This document shows, piece by piece, positions 55,474 through 64,000 of a stretch of DNA of 64,000 nt; position 1 is the first letter of the stretch, and every line of letters begins with the position of its first letter. The stretch comes from Candidatus Uhrbacteria bacterium (GTDB lineage: Bacteria; Patescibacteriota; Patescibacteriia; 2-12-FULL-60-25). A program made the position numbers and the translations under genes. Where the stretch lies: positions 19,482-83,481 of the forward strand of contig JAUSEV010000034.1 in NCBI GenBank assembly GCA_030649995.1, written 5' to 3'. Below the pieces are notes generated by a model. It was not told where the DNA came from. It did no database searches and saw only the letters and a program-made list of their open reading frames with translations.

Positions 55474-55557
55474 GGTAACTAGTAACTCGTAACTAGTGAC
55501 TAACTTCTGATTACTAGTTACTGATTACTGATTACTAATTACGAGTTACTCATTACT
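55474..55557. repeat. Twelve consecutive 7-nt units (NGTAACT/GATTACT type) between rpmI and rplT
   Basis: ggtaact agtaact cgtaact agtgact aacttct gattact agttact gattact gattact aattacg agttact cattact. Confidence 0.85.
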
Positions 55558-55569
55558 CCATCTCCATCT

Positions 55570-55908
55570 ATGCCCCGAGTCAAACGCGGAACCCACCGCA
55601 TCAAACGCCGAAAAAATATTCTTGCCCGCACCAAGGGCATGATGTGGGGACGAAAAAGCAAAATCACTTTGGCAAAAATCGCCGCGGTCAAAGCCGGAGC
55701 AAATGCTTATCGTGATCGAAAACTCAAAAAACGAAATAATCGCGGATTGCAACAAATGCGCATCAATGCCGCGGCACGCCTCAATGGCACTATCTACTCA
55801 CGGTTGATGGCGGATCTCAAAAAGAGAGGCATTCTCTTGGATCGAAAAGTCTTGGCGGAACTTGCCATGAATCATCCAAAAATTTTCGAAAAAATCGTCA
55901 AAGGATAA
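55570..55908 (+). CDS. rplT: Ribosomal protein L20
   Basis: MPRVKRGTHRIKRRKNIL.. Confidence 0.95.
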   Translation: MPRVKRGTHRIKRRKNILARTKGMMWGRKSKITLAKIAAVKAGANAYRDRKLKKRNNRGLQQMRINAAARLNGTIYSRLMADLKKRGILLDRKVLAELAMNHPKIFEKIVKG

Positions 55909-56044
55909 AAAACGAACCACAAAATCCTCCAACGCGCTACGGAGGATTTTTGTTATCAGACAGAAAGTGGGTGGTGTTGACAACAAACAAAATAATTGCT
56001 ACGGTCACAGCACGGTACATCACAACAAAACACGGGAGAAAACC

Positions 56045-56566
56045 ATGGCCACACACGGACAACAAAAAGTTGCCGTGGCAAGCCACGGCAAAATCGCTCT
56101 CCGAATCATCCTCCACGACAGAGGCAGGGGAAAAATCAAGGAGGTCGTGGTTTGTCATGAAGCCACGATCTGGCTACAAGGTGATTGGATCGCTGTGGGG
56201 GATCGATCAACCATCCTCCCCGACAGCGTGCGATTGATGAGCCGCGACGAAGATGGGAAGGTTTTTCTCTATCCTCGCCACGCTGCCATGGCAGGGTGGA
56301 CGATCAGACTGGAAGGGGCTGCGGATAACGAACGGGTCTTACTGCAACCGGGCGCATCCTGTGAGGTGGATCGTGGGGAGGTTCAGTTGAACTGTTGGGT
56401 GGTAAGACTGCTGAAAGAGCCTCCTGCGCTCGTGCCAACACCAGCAACCGCCCCTTCGCCTCACGGTCAAGACCACACCAAAATCGAGCCGGACGAACTC
56501 GCTCTCCATCCGCTTGCTCGATGGATCTTCAGATCCTTGCTCCGTCTTTTAGACCGCAATCCATGA
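56045..56566 (+). CDS. Hypothetical protein, G+C-rich insertion between rplT and thrS
   Basis: GGGAGAA RBS before the ATG at 56045. No recognisable motif. Confidence 0.5.
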   Translation: MATHGQQKVAVASHGKIALRIILHDRGRGKIKEVVVCHEATIWLQGDWIAVGDRSTILPDSVRLMSRDEDGKVFLYPRHAAMAGWTIRLEGAADNERVLLQPGASCEVDRGEVQLNCWVVRLLKEPPALVPTPATAPSPHGQDHTKIEPDELALHPLARWIFRSLLRLLDRNP

Positions 56567-56609
56567 CCACGCTACTCTTCCCGTGCCTCCACGTGAAGAG
56601 TTTTTTTAT

Positions 56610-58409
56610 TCATGCTTGACGTGATTTGATGGAAGCGAGAGTTTCCTCGAAAAATTTTTCTTTTGATGTTTCCTGCTGATCTTTTTCCCCGTGGACACGA
56701 ACGGTGAGCGCTCCCCCATCGGCCTCGCGATCTCCCACGACCAGCATGCGAGGAAATTTTTGTTTTTCCGCTGCGCGAATTTTTTTGCCGACCGATTCGG
56801 AAGAATCATCAACCGAAACGCGCAAGCCCAGCGCTCGCAGCTCATCGGCCAACACTCGCGCAAACTCTATGTGACGATCCGCAACGGGCAACACCGCGAT
56901 CTGCACCGGCGCAAGCCACAAGGGAAATGCACCGGCGTAGTGCTCGATCAAAAAGGCCATAAATCGTTCATGCGTTGAGAGCGGTGCGCGATGAATGACA
57001 AACACTTCTTCATTTTTTTGACCCGACTCATCTGTATACGCCAACCCAAAACGTTGTTTGGCCAAAAAATCCAACTGAATGGTTGACATACTTTCCTCAC
57101 GCCCGATCGCTGATTTAAATTGTACGTCAATTTTTGGTCCGTAGAACGCGGCCTCATCATCAGCTTCTCGAAACTCGACGTCCATTTCTTGCAACACATC
57201 GCGCAACACTCCTTGCGTGTATTCCCAATGCTCCGGTTCCTGAATATATTTTTCAGGATGCGCAGGACTCCACTTGGAGAGCCGAAACCAATAATTTTTT
57301 AACTGAAAGATCTCAAAATAGCGCAACGTCATCTCCATCACTTTTTTAAACTCCTCCTTGATCTGATCTTTTCGACAATAAATATGCGCGTCGTTCATGG
57401 CCATGGCTCGGACACGCAAAAGACCGGCCAGTGTCCCGGAGAGTTCGTTGCGATACACCGTCCCGTATTCCGCCAAGCGAATCGGGAGTTCCCGATAGCT
57501 ATGCGGCTTGTGCAGATACATCATGTGATGATGAGGACAATTCATGGACTTCATGTAATAGGTTCCATCATCCATCACCATGGGCGGGTACATGCTGTCT
57601 TTATAGTAAGGAAGGTGACCTGAAGTCAGATACAGTTCTTCTTTCGCGATATGGGGTGTGATCACTCGTTCATATCCATATTTCGCTTCCATCTCAACGG
57701 CTAATTTTTCTACTTGATCGCGAACGGCCACACCTTTTGGCAACCACATCGCAAGTCCCTTTCCAATTTTGTCATCAATAAAAAACAGATCCAGCTCCTG
57801 TCCCAGTTTTCGATGATCCCGCTTCTCCGCTTCAACCAACATCGCCTGATATTCATCAAGTTCCTTTTCCGTTTCAAAACACAAACCATAGATGCGCTGC
57901 ATTTGCGGATTTGTTTCTTTTCCGCGCCAGTAGGCACCTGCGATTTTACCGAGTTTCCACGCACCAATTTCTTTTGCTTCCGTGACGTGTGGACCGCGAC
58001 ACAAATCGACAAAATCGCCGGTGCGATAGAGGGTGACACTCCCGACATTTTGCGGATCAATATCCTGCGCTTCTTCGGTGCTGACTTTGGTCGTGCCTTT
58101 GGTTTTAAGATCATTCAACAATTCAAGTTTGTAGGGTTGATCCAACTCACGAAATAATTTAATCGCATCATCAATCGGCAGCTCCTCGCGCGTGAAAGCC
58201 GGATTTTGATTGACGATCTTACGCATCTCTTTTTCGATGGTTTTGAGATCCTCCGGCGTGACCGGTCGGCCAATATCAATATCATAATAAAATCCATTTT
58301 CGATGACCGGCCCCACGCCAAACTTGGCTTCAGGAAAAAGGTGTTTGATGGCAGCAGCCATCACGTGCGCCGCGCTATGGCGACGAAATTCGATGGGGTG
58401 TTCAGACAT
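56610..58409 (-). CDS. thrS: Threonyl-tRNA synthetase (starts at the editing/SAD domain, no TGS domain)
   Basis: HSAAHVMAAAI, RDHRKLG, class II core, C-terminal anticodon-binding domain. Confidence 0.95.
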   Translation of the reverse strand: MSEHPIEFRRHSAAHVMAAAIKHLFPEAKFGVGPVIENGFYYDIDIGRPVTPEDLKTIEKEMRKIVNQNPAFTREELPIDDAIKLFRELDQPYKLELLNDLKTKGTTKVSTEEAQDIDPQNVGSVTLYRTGDFVDLCRGPHVTEAKEIGAWKLGKIAGAYWRGKETNPQMQRIYGLCFETEKELDEYQAMLVEAEKRDHRKLGQELDLFFIDDKIGKGLAMWLPKGVAVRDQVEKLAVEMEAKYGYERVITPHIAKEELYLTSGHLPYYKDSMYPPMVMDDGTYYMKSMNCPHHHMMYLHKPHSYRELPIRLAEYGTVYRNELSGTLAGLLRVRAMAMNDAHIYCRKDQIKEEFKKVMEMTLRYFEIFQLKNYWFRLSKWSPAHPEKYIQEPEHWEYTQGVLRDVLQEMDVEFREADDEAAFYGPKIDVQFKSAIGREESMSTIQLDFLAKQRFGLAYTDESGQKNEEVFVIHRAPLSTHERFMAFLIEHYAGAFPLWLAPVQIAVLPVADRHIEFARVLADELRALGLRVSVDDSSESVGKKIRAAEKQKFPRMLVVGDREADGGALTVRVHGEKDQQETSKEKFFEETLASIKSRQA

Positions 58410-58420
58410 AGGGTTTTAAT

Positions 58421-58501
58421 TCCCCTCCTTTCGAAGGAGGGGTTAGGGGAGGTTGGAGCCCGGGCGCCAACCCCCTCTAGCTCCCCCTTCGGAAGGGGGA
58501 G
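58421..58501. repeat. Composite GC palindromic element (three hairpins) in the thrS 5' region
   Basis: CCCCTCCTTTCGAAGGAGGGG, GGTTGGAGCCCGGGCGCCAACC and CTCCCCCTTCGGAAGGGGGAG. The left half is homologous to 19209-19250. Confidence 0.75.
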
Positions 58502-58512
58502 AATAAATAAAT

Positions 58513-58535
58513 AAAAAGAAACTCTAAGGAGTTTC
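58513..58535 (-). terminator. Intrinsic terminator inside the thrS leader (attenuator-like)
   Basis: GAAACTC-CTTA-GAGTTTC followed by T5, located between the candidate thrS promoters (58650-58709) and the thrS ATG. Confidence 0.45.
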
Positions 58536-58738
58536 GCTGGGGCCCAATCTTTCGATCAGACGGTTCCACCCGGCTTCTCCCCCATAGCCTTGGCGACGGG
58601 GGAACGCTTCATTTTCTTTCTTTTTTCGACGCCGGTTGGTGAGGCCGGAGGATATTTGTAGGATAACAGATCAATGAAAAGAGTGTCAATTTTTTACGAA
58701 CCAGCTCCAGAACCGTCAATATCCAACGTAAAGAATCT

Positions 58739-58768
58739 ATCATCTTTTCACGGTCGAAAAAAGATGAT
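58739..58768. promoter_or_regulatory. Palindrome C (ATCATCTTTTCACGGTCGAAAAAAGATGAT)
   Basis: Same motif as palindromes A and B. ~28 nt upstream of the TTGACG box at 58709-58704 and ~70 nt downstream of the XRE gene. Confidence 0.45.
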
Positions 58769-58841
58769 GTTATATTACAAAACAAAAAAAGACTCCTGAT
58801 TCGGAGTCGGAGTCAGCCTTGAGGAAGAAAAGAAAGAACGG

Positions 58842-59129
58842 TTACGGAGCGAGGAGTTCTTCGATCGATGGACCCGGCGGAACCCCGAGGTTACGCTGCC
58901 GCCACACCTCACTCGAATCGTACCGGAAGAGCGTGGCCATGACCTTGACGAGCGGCCATGACACCATCCTCACGTCACCTCCTTCGATCCTGATGACGGT
59001 CTCATGCGTGACATCGAGGCGAGTAGCCAATTCCTCTTGAGACAACCCCTCCAACTTCCGAAGCCGTCGAACCCACAAACCGAAAGCCTCTCGCGCTTCT
59101 GCATACTTCCAGCTCTCATCGCGTGTCAT
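58842..59129 (-). CDS. XRE-family helix-turn-helix regulator
   Basis: LRKLEGLSQEELATRLDVTHETVIRIEGG. AAGGAG RBS. TTGACG-17-TAAAGT promoter. Own terminator at 58784-58814. Confidence 0.75.
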   Translation of the reverse strand: MTRDESWKYAEAREAFGLWVRRLRKLEGLSQEELATRLDVTHETVIRIEGGDVRMVSWPLVKVMATLFRYDSSEVWRQRNLGVPPGPSIEELLAP

Positions 59130-59192
59130 GATGGTCTCCTTAGCTCACGTCCGTTTTATGACTTTATAAAAAATCCGCCCTTCCGTCAAATT

Positions 59193-60461
59193 TTATTCAA
59201 CCTTTATCTCCACATGATCCTTTAATCTTGGTACTTTCCCCCACCAACCCGGGCGAACTTTTATATTGACATCATTTACTCCGGGGACCGCTCGCAAAAG
59301 AGCCGTGGCCTCGCTTTTTGATTTTCCAGCCACGAGCGACTTGGCGAGCGTAGGACTTGCGGCGGTTAAGCGATAGGTTCCATCACCTTTTACATGAATG
59401 GCTGCTGTTTCCGATTTCGCGTCTGTTGTTTCTATGGAAAAGACGAGAGAGGTTGGATCAAGCGGCAACAACTCGCGACCTTCGGGAATCTTTTCTTTTA
59501 TCTTGGAACGAATCAACGCCCGCATATCCTCTTTGGGATAATACACGGCCGTCACATCCAACTTTACCGAGGCAAGAAACGTATCCGCATGCTGACCGGC
59601 AGACACATTTGTCTTTTTATCCAAAACTTTGACCACATACGATACTTCGCCAAATTTTGCCTCGGACACCTCTACGGCCAAAGCTTTCTTGGCCTGCTCA
59701 AGCACGGCATCCGTTAAAACTTTTTCCGCTTCCGCCACATGACCGGCCGTAACCAATTTTCCAGACTTTTCGGAAGATGTAACTTTGACGGTCGCCGGAA
59801 CATCCTTGGTCGGCACGGCTATAAATGGTTGATCGGAGACGGCGTAAATCAATTTTTGCAGATCAATCCACAAACCGGGAATGGTAAATTTGGCGGGACC
59901 TATCACGAATGCCGTGCCTGGTTGATCCGCGTATGCCGGAACGGTGACTTCTTCGCCCGCGGGAATGACAATCGTTTTGTCGATCCGATAGAGTTTTTTG
60001 TCTGCGGTTAAAAGCCGTGTTGTCTTAACCAACGTCTGCGAGCGAGCATAGTTATTGATCACGCGCACGCTCCCTTTGGCCACAACATTTGGCACATTTT
60101 GATTGACGGCAATCTTTTCCACATCCATATTTTTTGCCGTAGAGGTCGCCAATGCATTAACCTCAAATTCTTGAATCTTTTCAAACACTCCCTGCACCAC
60201 ACGACCGCTCAACTGTCCCTGTTCTGGAGCCTTTGCCACTTCCACCACATGATCCAAAACCACGATCTCCTGTTTGGCGTGGATCGTAATATCGGCACGA
60301 GCGGACGACAACCACAGAACTCCGATCACTACCAGCACAACCACACCCACAAACGTGTACGCAATCGTTTTATAGACGCGTGGTCGAGGAAGCGTGGGAA
60401 ACGACGGGGCTGTGATAGGAACAACGTGAGCGCGACGATGGCCTTTTGGAGACATAGACAA
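59193..60461 (-). CDS. Hypothetical membrane-anchored protein; start TTG at 60461 or ATG at 60455
   Basis: Single N-terminal TM helix followed by a beta-rich ectodomain. Confidence 0.55.
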   Translation of the reverse strand: MSMSPKGHRRAHVVPITAPSFPTLPRPRVYKTIAYTFVGVVVLVVIGVLWLSSARADITIHAKQEIVVLDHVVEVAKAPEQGQLSGRVVQGVFEKIQEFEVNALATSTAKNMDVEKIAVNQNVPNVVAKGSVRVINNYARSQTLVKTTRLLTADKKLYRIDKTIVIPAGEEVTVPAYADQPGTAFVIGPAKFTIPGLWIDLQKLIYAVSDQPFIAVPTKDVPATVKVTSSEKSGKLVTAGHVAEAEKVLTDAVLEQAKKALAVEVSEAKFGEVSYVVKVLDKKTNVSAGQHADTFLASVKLDVTAVYYPKEDMRALIRSKIKEKIPEGRELLPLDPTSLVFSIETTDAKSETAAIHVKGDGTYRLTAASPTLAKSLVAGKSKSEATALLRAVPGVNDVNIKVRPGWWGKVPRLKDHVEIKVE

Positions 60462-60537
60462 GATGATAGCACATTTCGCGTTGTGGATAAAAAAATAGCT
60501 GTATTATCGTCTCGTCATTCGTATTTTCGCGTGATCC

Positions 60538-60573
60538 ATTCGTAATTTCGTAGGAGAGCGAAGCGAAAAAAAA
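60538..60573. repeat. Junction motif J2 (ATTCGTAATTTCGTAGGAGAGCGAAGCGAAAAAAAA)
   Basis: Follows the terminator hairpin 60574-60594 on the minus strand. Near-identical to 19541-19578. Confidence 0.8.
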
Positions 60574-60628
60574 GTCTCGAGGGTGAGTCGAGACTGGAGG
60601 CGAAGTTACAAGAAAAACGGAACGATTG

Positions 60629-61873
60629 CTACGGGCAGGCCGGGTTCAACGGGCAGGGGTTTGCCCCCTGCTCGTAGGCTACGAACTTGTAACCGACGCT
60701 GAAAGGATCCTTGCACACCTGCGCCGTGGCGCTGATGTCCATCCCATCGTCTCGCGTCATCTTGACCCCGAGCTGTTGGGCGGTCCTACCACAGAACGGC
60801 TTGAGCGCGTCGCCGTTCACAGTCGCACCGTTGCAGGTGACCGCGATCATCACGTGCGGTCCCCAGCCGTTACCCGGCATGATCACGAGCGGCGGACCGT
60901 TCGGGACCGGGTTCCCCGCATTGTCCCATCCGAGGAAGCCGATCGCCGCGTTCGGCAGACAGAGCGGCGGGAAAGAAGCGGGGTCCACGATGCCAGTGGT
61001 GTAGGCCAAACGGCATCGATTCACATCACATGCGCCACTCTTGCAGTCGTTGTTCACGGCGCAAGACATCATGACCGTGCACGACGCGCATCCGCCGCCG
61101 CAGTCCACGTCGGTTTCGCTGCCGTCCTTGATGGCGTTCATGATACAAACCGGTGCCATGTCCGGCAGACGCGTCAGGTCCTGAATGACCGTCTGATCCG
61201 GAAGCGTGACGAAATCCGGCAGACTCACGAGATCCGGAAGCTTGGTCATGTCCGGCAACAGCGTCAGGTCCGGCAGATTCACGAGATCCGGAGACGAAGC
61301 GATGTCGGGCGAGGTTACCTGATCCGGAAGCGTCGCCTGATCCGGAAGCACGACGAGATCCGGAAGCACGACGAGATCGGACAGGCTCACGAGATCGGGC
61401 AAAACCGTCAGATCCGCCACGACGATGAGGTCAGGCGCCGCGCTCAAATCCTCGCTCGCGAGATCCGCTACGACGCTCATGTCCGGCAGTATCGTGAGAT
61501 CCGGCAAGTTCGGATTCGATGCGCACTTTCCCAGATCGCACGCGCGGTTCAAACAATCGCGCGGGCTCGCGCAAAACTTGCCGTCCGCGCAGCCGTAGCA
61601 GGCCGGACCTCCACAGTCCACGTCGGTCTCGATGCCATCCTTCATGTCGTTCATGCAGGTGAACGCCGGGGCGCACACGAACCGGCCCCATCCGTTTTCT
61701 TCGCAGCGACCCGAAGCGCAGTCGCTCCAAACGGCACAGCCATCGCCGACCCTCTGCTCGTACCGCTTGGCCGAGGTGGGAGCGTCCGATGGAAGCGGCT
61801 CCTGTCCGCAACCGAAACCGACGAAAAACATCCATCCGATGAAAAAGAACATCCACCCTTTCCGCATGGTCAT
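60629..61873 (-). CDS. Cys-rich lipoprotein with ~18 DLxxLP hexapeptide repeats
   Basis: Lipobox VGFGC. AGGAGG RBS. DVDCGG..C..C..DC.SGxC modules as in 46243-47889. G+C-rich. Confidence 0.75.
   Translation of the reverse strand: MTMRKGWMFFFIGWMFFVGFGCGQEPLPSDAPTSAKRYEQRVGDGCAVWSDCASGRCEENGWGRFVCAPAFTCMNDMKDGIETDVDCGGPACYGCADGKFCASPRDCLNRACDLGKCASNPNLPDLTILPDMSVVADLASEDLSAAPDLIVVADLTVLPDLVSLSDLVVLPDLVVLPDQATLPDQVTSPDIASSPDLVNLPDLTLLPDMTKLPDLVSLPDFVTLPDQTVIQDLTRLPDMAPVCIMNAIKDGSETDVDCGGGCASCTVMMSCAVNNDCKSGACDVNRCRLAYTTGIVDPASFPPLCLPNAAIGFLGWDNAGNPVPNGPPLVIMPGNGWGPHVMIAVTCNGATVNGDALKPFCGRTAQQLGVKMTRDDGMDISATAQVCKDPFSVGYKFVAYEQGANPCPLNPACP
61157..61513. repeat. 18-nt-periodic coding repeat (DLxxLP hexapeptides)
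   Basis: Repeated GATCCGGAAGC/GTCCGGCAG units, roughly aa 121-239 of the protein. Confidence 0.75.
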
Positions 61874-61948
61874 CCTCCTGTGTGTGCCGTCACCTTAAGA
61901 AAACAAGGCTATTTTGTCAATAGCCTCGCTTCCTAAACGAACGATGGT

Positions 61949-64000
61949 TCAAAATTTAACCTTTACAGGAAAACTGCTGTTTTTGGTCGTACCATCACCA
62001 AGTTGGCCTTCAGCATTATATCCCCAACACCATACCTCGAGCGCTTCCTCGCCACGCCTCGATCCTAAGGCACAGGTATGGTAGGTACCGACCTCAATCT
62101 GATAAAAATCAGTAAATGCTCCTCCCTGTGGATCCTGTACCGGAGTTGGGAATTGGCGATGCGCATTCGTGCCATCTCCAAGCGAACCATAATTGTTCGA
62201 TCCCCAGCATGAAGCTGTGTGATCGCTTTTATTCAAAACACAGCTATGACCAGATACCCCTCCTCCGGTCGAGGCCAATTTTACCAAGATGGGTTTATTA
62301 TTGCTGTCAACAAATTGTCCAAGCTCTTCAAAAACATTAAAAATATTTGGTCCGCCAACATCTCTCCCTGGCGGAATTGTCCCCATACCCCAGAGTGAAT
62401 CATCACGAACGCCAAGATCATCTTTTTGAAAAGCAACAAATCTATCAGCTGTTGGCTGGCGGGCCAGCGTCCGTACTTCTTTAATGGGATTTCCCAGTTT
62501 GTTATTCTGTACTTTTGGTACAAGTACTGTATGACCAAGATTACCACCCTGCCCAAAACCGAGCCATACCGGATTTTCACCCCAACAGAACAGATTGGAA
62601 TCTTTGTCGCCTATAGCACAAGTACGTCCTTGTCCGCCGCTAATAGCGGTAAAAATGTGCTTTCCACTTACAGGGACAGCCATGCTGGAACTCTCTTTGG
62701 AGTTGTTACCAAGTGCACCACCACCATTGTGCCCCCAACACCAAGCTGAGCCATCATTCTTTAAGGCACACACATGGGAATCTCCGGCAGAAATTGCCTT
62801 AATCCTAGTGAGTGGGATTCCTTGTTTCACGAGTACCTGTACCGGGGTTAGGGACATATTGGTGGTACCATCCCCCAATTGTCCTCTTTGGTTATTATTC
62901 TGATCAAAATAAAGGATTCCCCAGCACCACACACTTCCATCATTTTTTAATGCACAAGCAAAATTGGAGCCAGCGGAAATGCTCACGGCACCCTTAAATC
63001 TTTGACCATTCTTCTCAAGAATCGGGTATGCAGTAGAGAGTGTTATCGGTATCTTTGACTTGGTACTACTAGAGCTTTCTTCTTGCTGGACCACTAATTT
63101 TACCCCTCCCCAGCACCACACATGTCCTTCAGGATTTCTCGTCACGCAACCATGACCCTCCCCCACCGTTAAACTGGGGAGCGGAGGACCAGTAGTAACT
63201 GGCGAAGGAGTATTGATACCCGGCGGCAGCACGATTTGTTCCGCGCGTGGAACAACAACTTTTCCGGTTCTCGTTTGTTGAAACGGATTATCACCCCAAC
63301 ACCAAATCTCATTGCCTGTTTTGATGACGCAAGTGTGCTTGGCGCCGGAAGCGATGGCTGTGGCGTTGGTCAAAGCTTTGCCGGTCGTATCCTTAACCTC
63401 TGTCAACCCGCTTTTTTCAGCGGTTCCACCATTACCAAGTTGTCCGCTCGCATTTGATCCTCGACACCACACAGATCCGTTTTTTTTGATAACACAGGTG
63501 TGCGCATCCCCGCCGGTCACGGCGGTGAGAGGAACTTTTTCAAATGCCGCTACCGCCTCGAGGGAATCTATTTTTTGTTCGCTGAATTGTCCCTCCTCAT
63601 TTCCGCCAAAACACCAAGGGGTTCCGTCTTTTTTTAATACACACAGATGCTTGGCTGATCCAAACACGCCCAAAGAGACCACATCTAAAATCGGCGCACC
63701 GTTTTCATCCTCGATGGGTGTGGCTGCGGATAGGGTTTCCGTCGTCTCACTCACACTTTCACTCTCACTTTCATCATCTTGATTATCCGTAGCCGAGGTT
63801 TCTTCTTCAGATACGGCAGAGGGAGCGACCAACTGACCCCAACACCACACCTTGCCGTTATTTTTTAATCCGCAGCTAAAACTGCTTCCTGAACTGATGG
63901 AAACAATGTTAGACAATGCTCCCGCGCCTTCTTCTTTTACCTCGACCGGTAAATCGCTGTCTTGATCGGAGCCGTTGCCTAATTCCGTATCACTATTATT
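61949..64000 (-). CDS. RCC1/BLIP-II repeat protein, 5' end beyond the window
   Basis: At least 10 repeats of the HTC(A/V)LKNDGSVWCWGxNxxGQLGDG type. The frame stays open to position 64000. Confidence 0.85.
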   Translation of the reverse strand, partial: NNSDTELGNGSDQDSDLPVEVKEEGAGALSNIVSISSGSSFSCGLKNNGKVWCWGQLVAPSAVSEEETSATDNQDDESESESVSETTETLSAATPIEDENGAPILDVVSLGVFGSAKHLCVLKKDGTPWCFGGNEEGQFSEQKIDSLEAVAAFEKVPLTAVTGGDAHTCVIKKNGSVWCRGSNASGQLGNGGTAEKSGLTEVKDTTGKALTNATAIASGAKHTCVIKTGNEIWCWGDNPFQQTRTGKVVVPRAEQIVLPPGINTPSPVTTGPPLPSLTVGEGHGCVTRNPEGHVWCWGGVKLVVQQEESSSSTKSKIPITLSTAYPILEKNGQRFKGAVSISAGSNFACALKNDGSVWCWGILYFDQNNNQRGQLGDGTTNMSLTPVQVLVKQGIPLTRIKAISAGDSHVCALKNDGSAWCWGHNGGGALGNNSKESSSMAVPVSGKHIFTAISGGQGRTCAIGDKDSNLFCWGENPVWLGFGQGGNLGHTVLVPKVQNNKLGNPIKEVRTLARQPTADRFVAFQKDDLGVRDDSLWGMGTIPPGRDVGGPNIFNVFEELGQFVDSNNKPILVKLASTGGGVSGHSCVLNKSDHTASCWGSNNYGSLGDGTNAHRQFPTPVQDPQGGAFTDFYQIEVGTYHTCALGSRRGEEALEVWCWGYNAEGQLGDGTTKNSSFPVKVKF

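Noticed and set aside
58561-58576. A firm T-box riboswitch call for thrS
   Set aside because: Only the GGGTGGAACCG core and a possible ACC specifier are visible. Stem I is far too short and I could not build the antiterminator/terminator alternative by hand. Reported as a low-confidence hypothesis only.

Overview
64-kb window, almost all transcribed on the minus strand. Gene content suggests a small-genome, mid-G+C bacterium of the CPR/Patescibacteria type (inference from a short 4-domain S1 protein, an N-terminally short ThrRS, dense TA modules and many surface/glycosyltransferase genes). Backbone genes recognised: rseP (5' fragment), pheS/pheT, tgt, a UvrD-nuclease fusion, an nth-like glycosylase, two GT4 genes, hisS, lepB, miaA, miaB, eno, ftsH, an S1 protein, smpB-ssrA, infC-rpmI-rplT and thrS. 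There are three TA-like pairs: DUF433/DUF5615, HicAB and Panacea-domain/toxin. The backbone is interrupted by visibly G+C-richer, mostly single-gene cassettes (judged by eye, not computed). These are a PNP-family phosphorylase, a small wHTH protein, membrane proteins, an XRE regulator, two Cys-rich lipoproteins and a collagen-like/beta-barrel protein. Four cassettes share a conserved 3' junction motif. The most unusual region is 0.84-7.35 kb. It holds seven paralogous hairpin-terminated noncoding cassettes, six with their own promoter-like box, interleaved with a DinG/XPD helicase, a possibly RAMP-like protein and an orphan protein. The window is also saturated with 7-nt-periodic tandem repeats, short GC palindromes and TGTCAT..ATGACA MITEs. 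Many of these sit in frame inside essential genes, and one heptamer tract breaks the pheT reading frame. I saw no rRNA, canonical tRNA, CRISPR array, integrase, transposase or reverse transcriptase. All functional calls come from motif recognition by eye; no searches were run.
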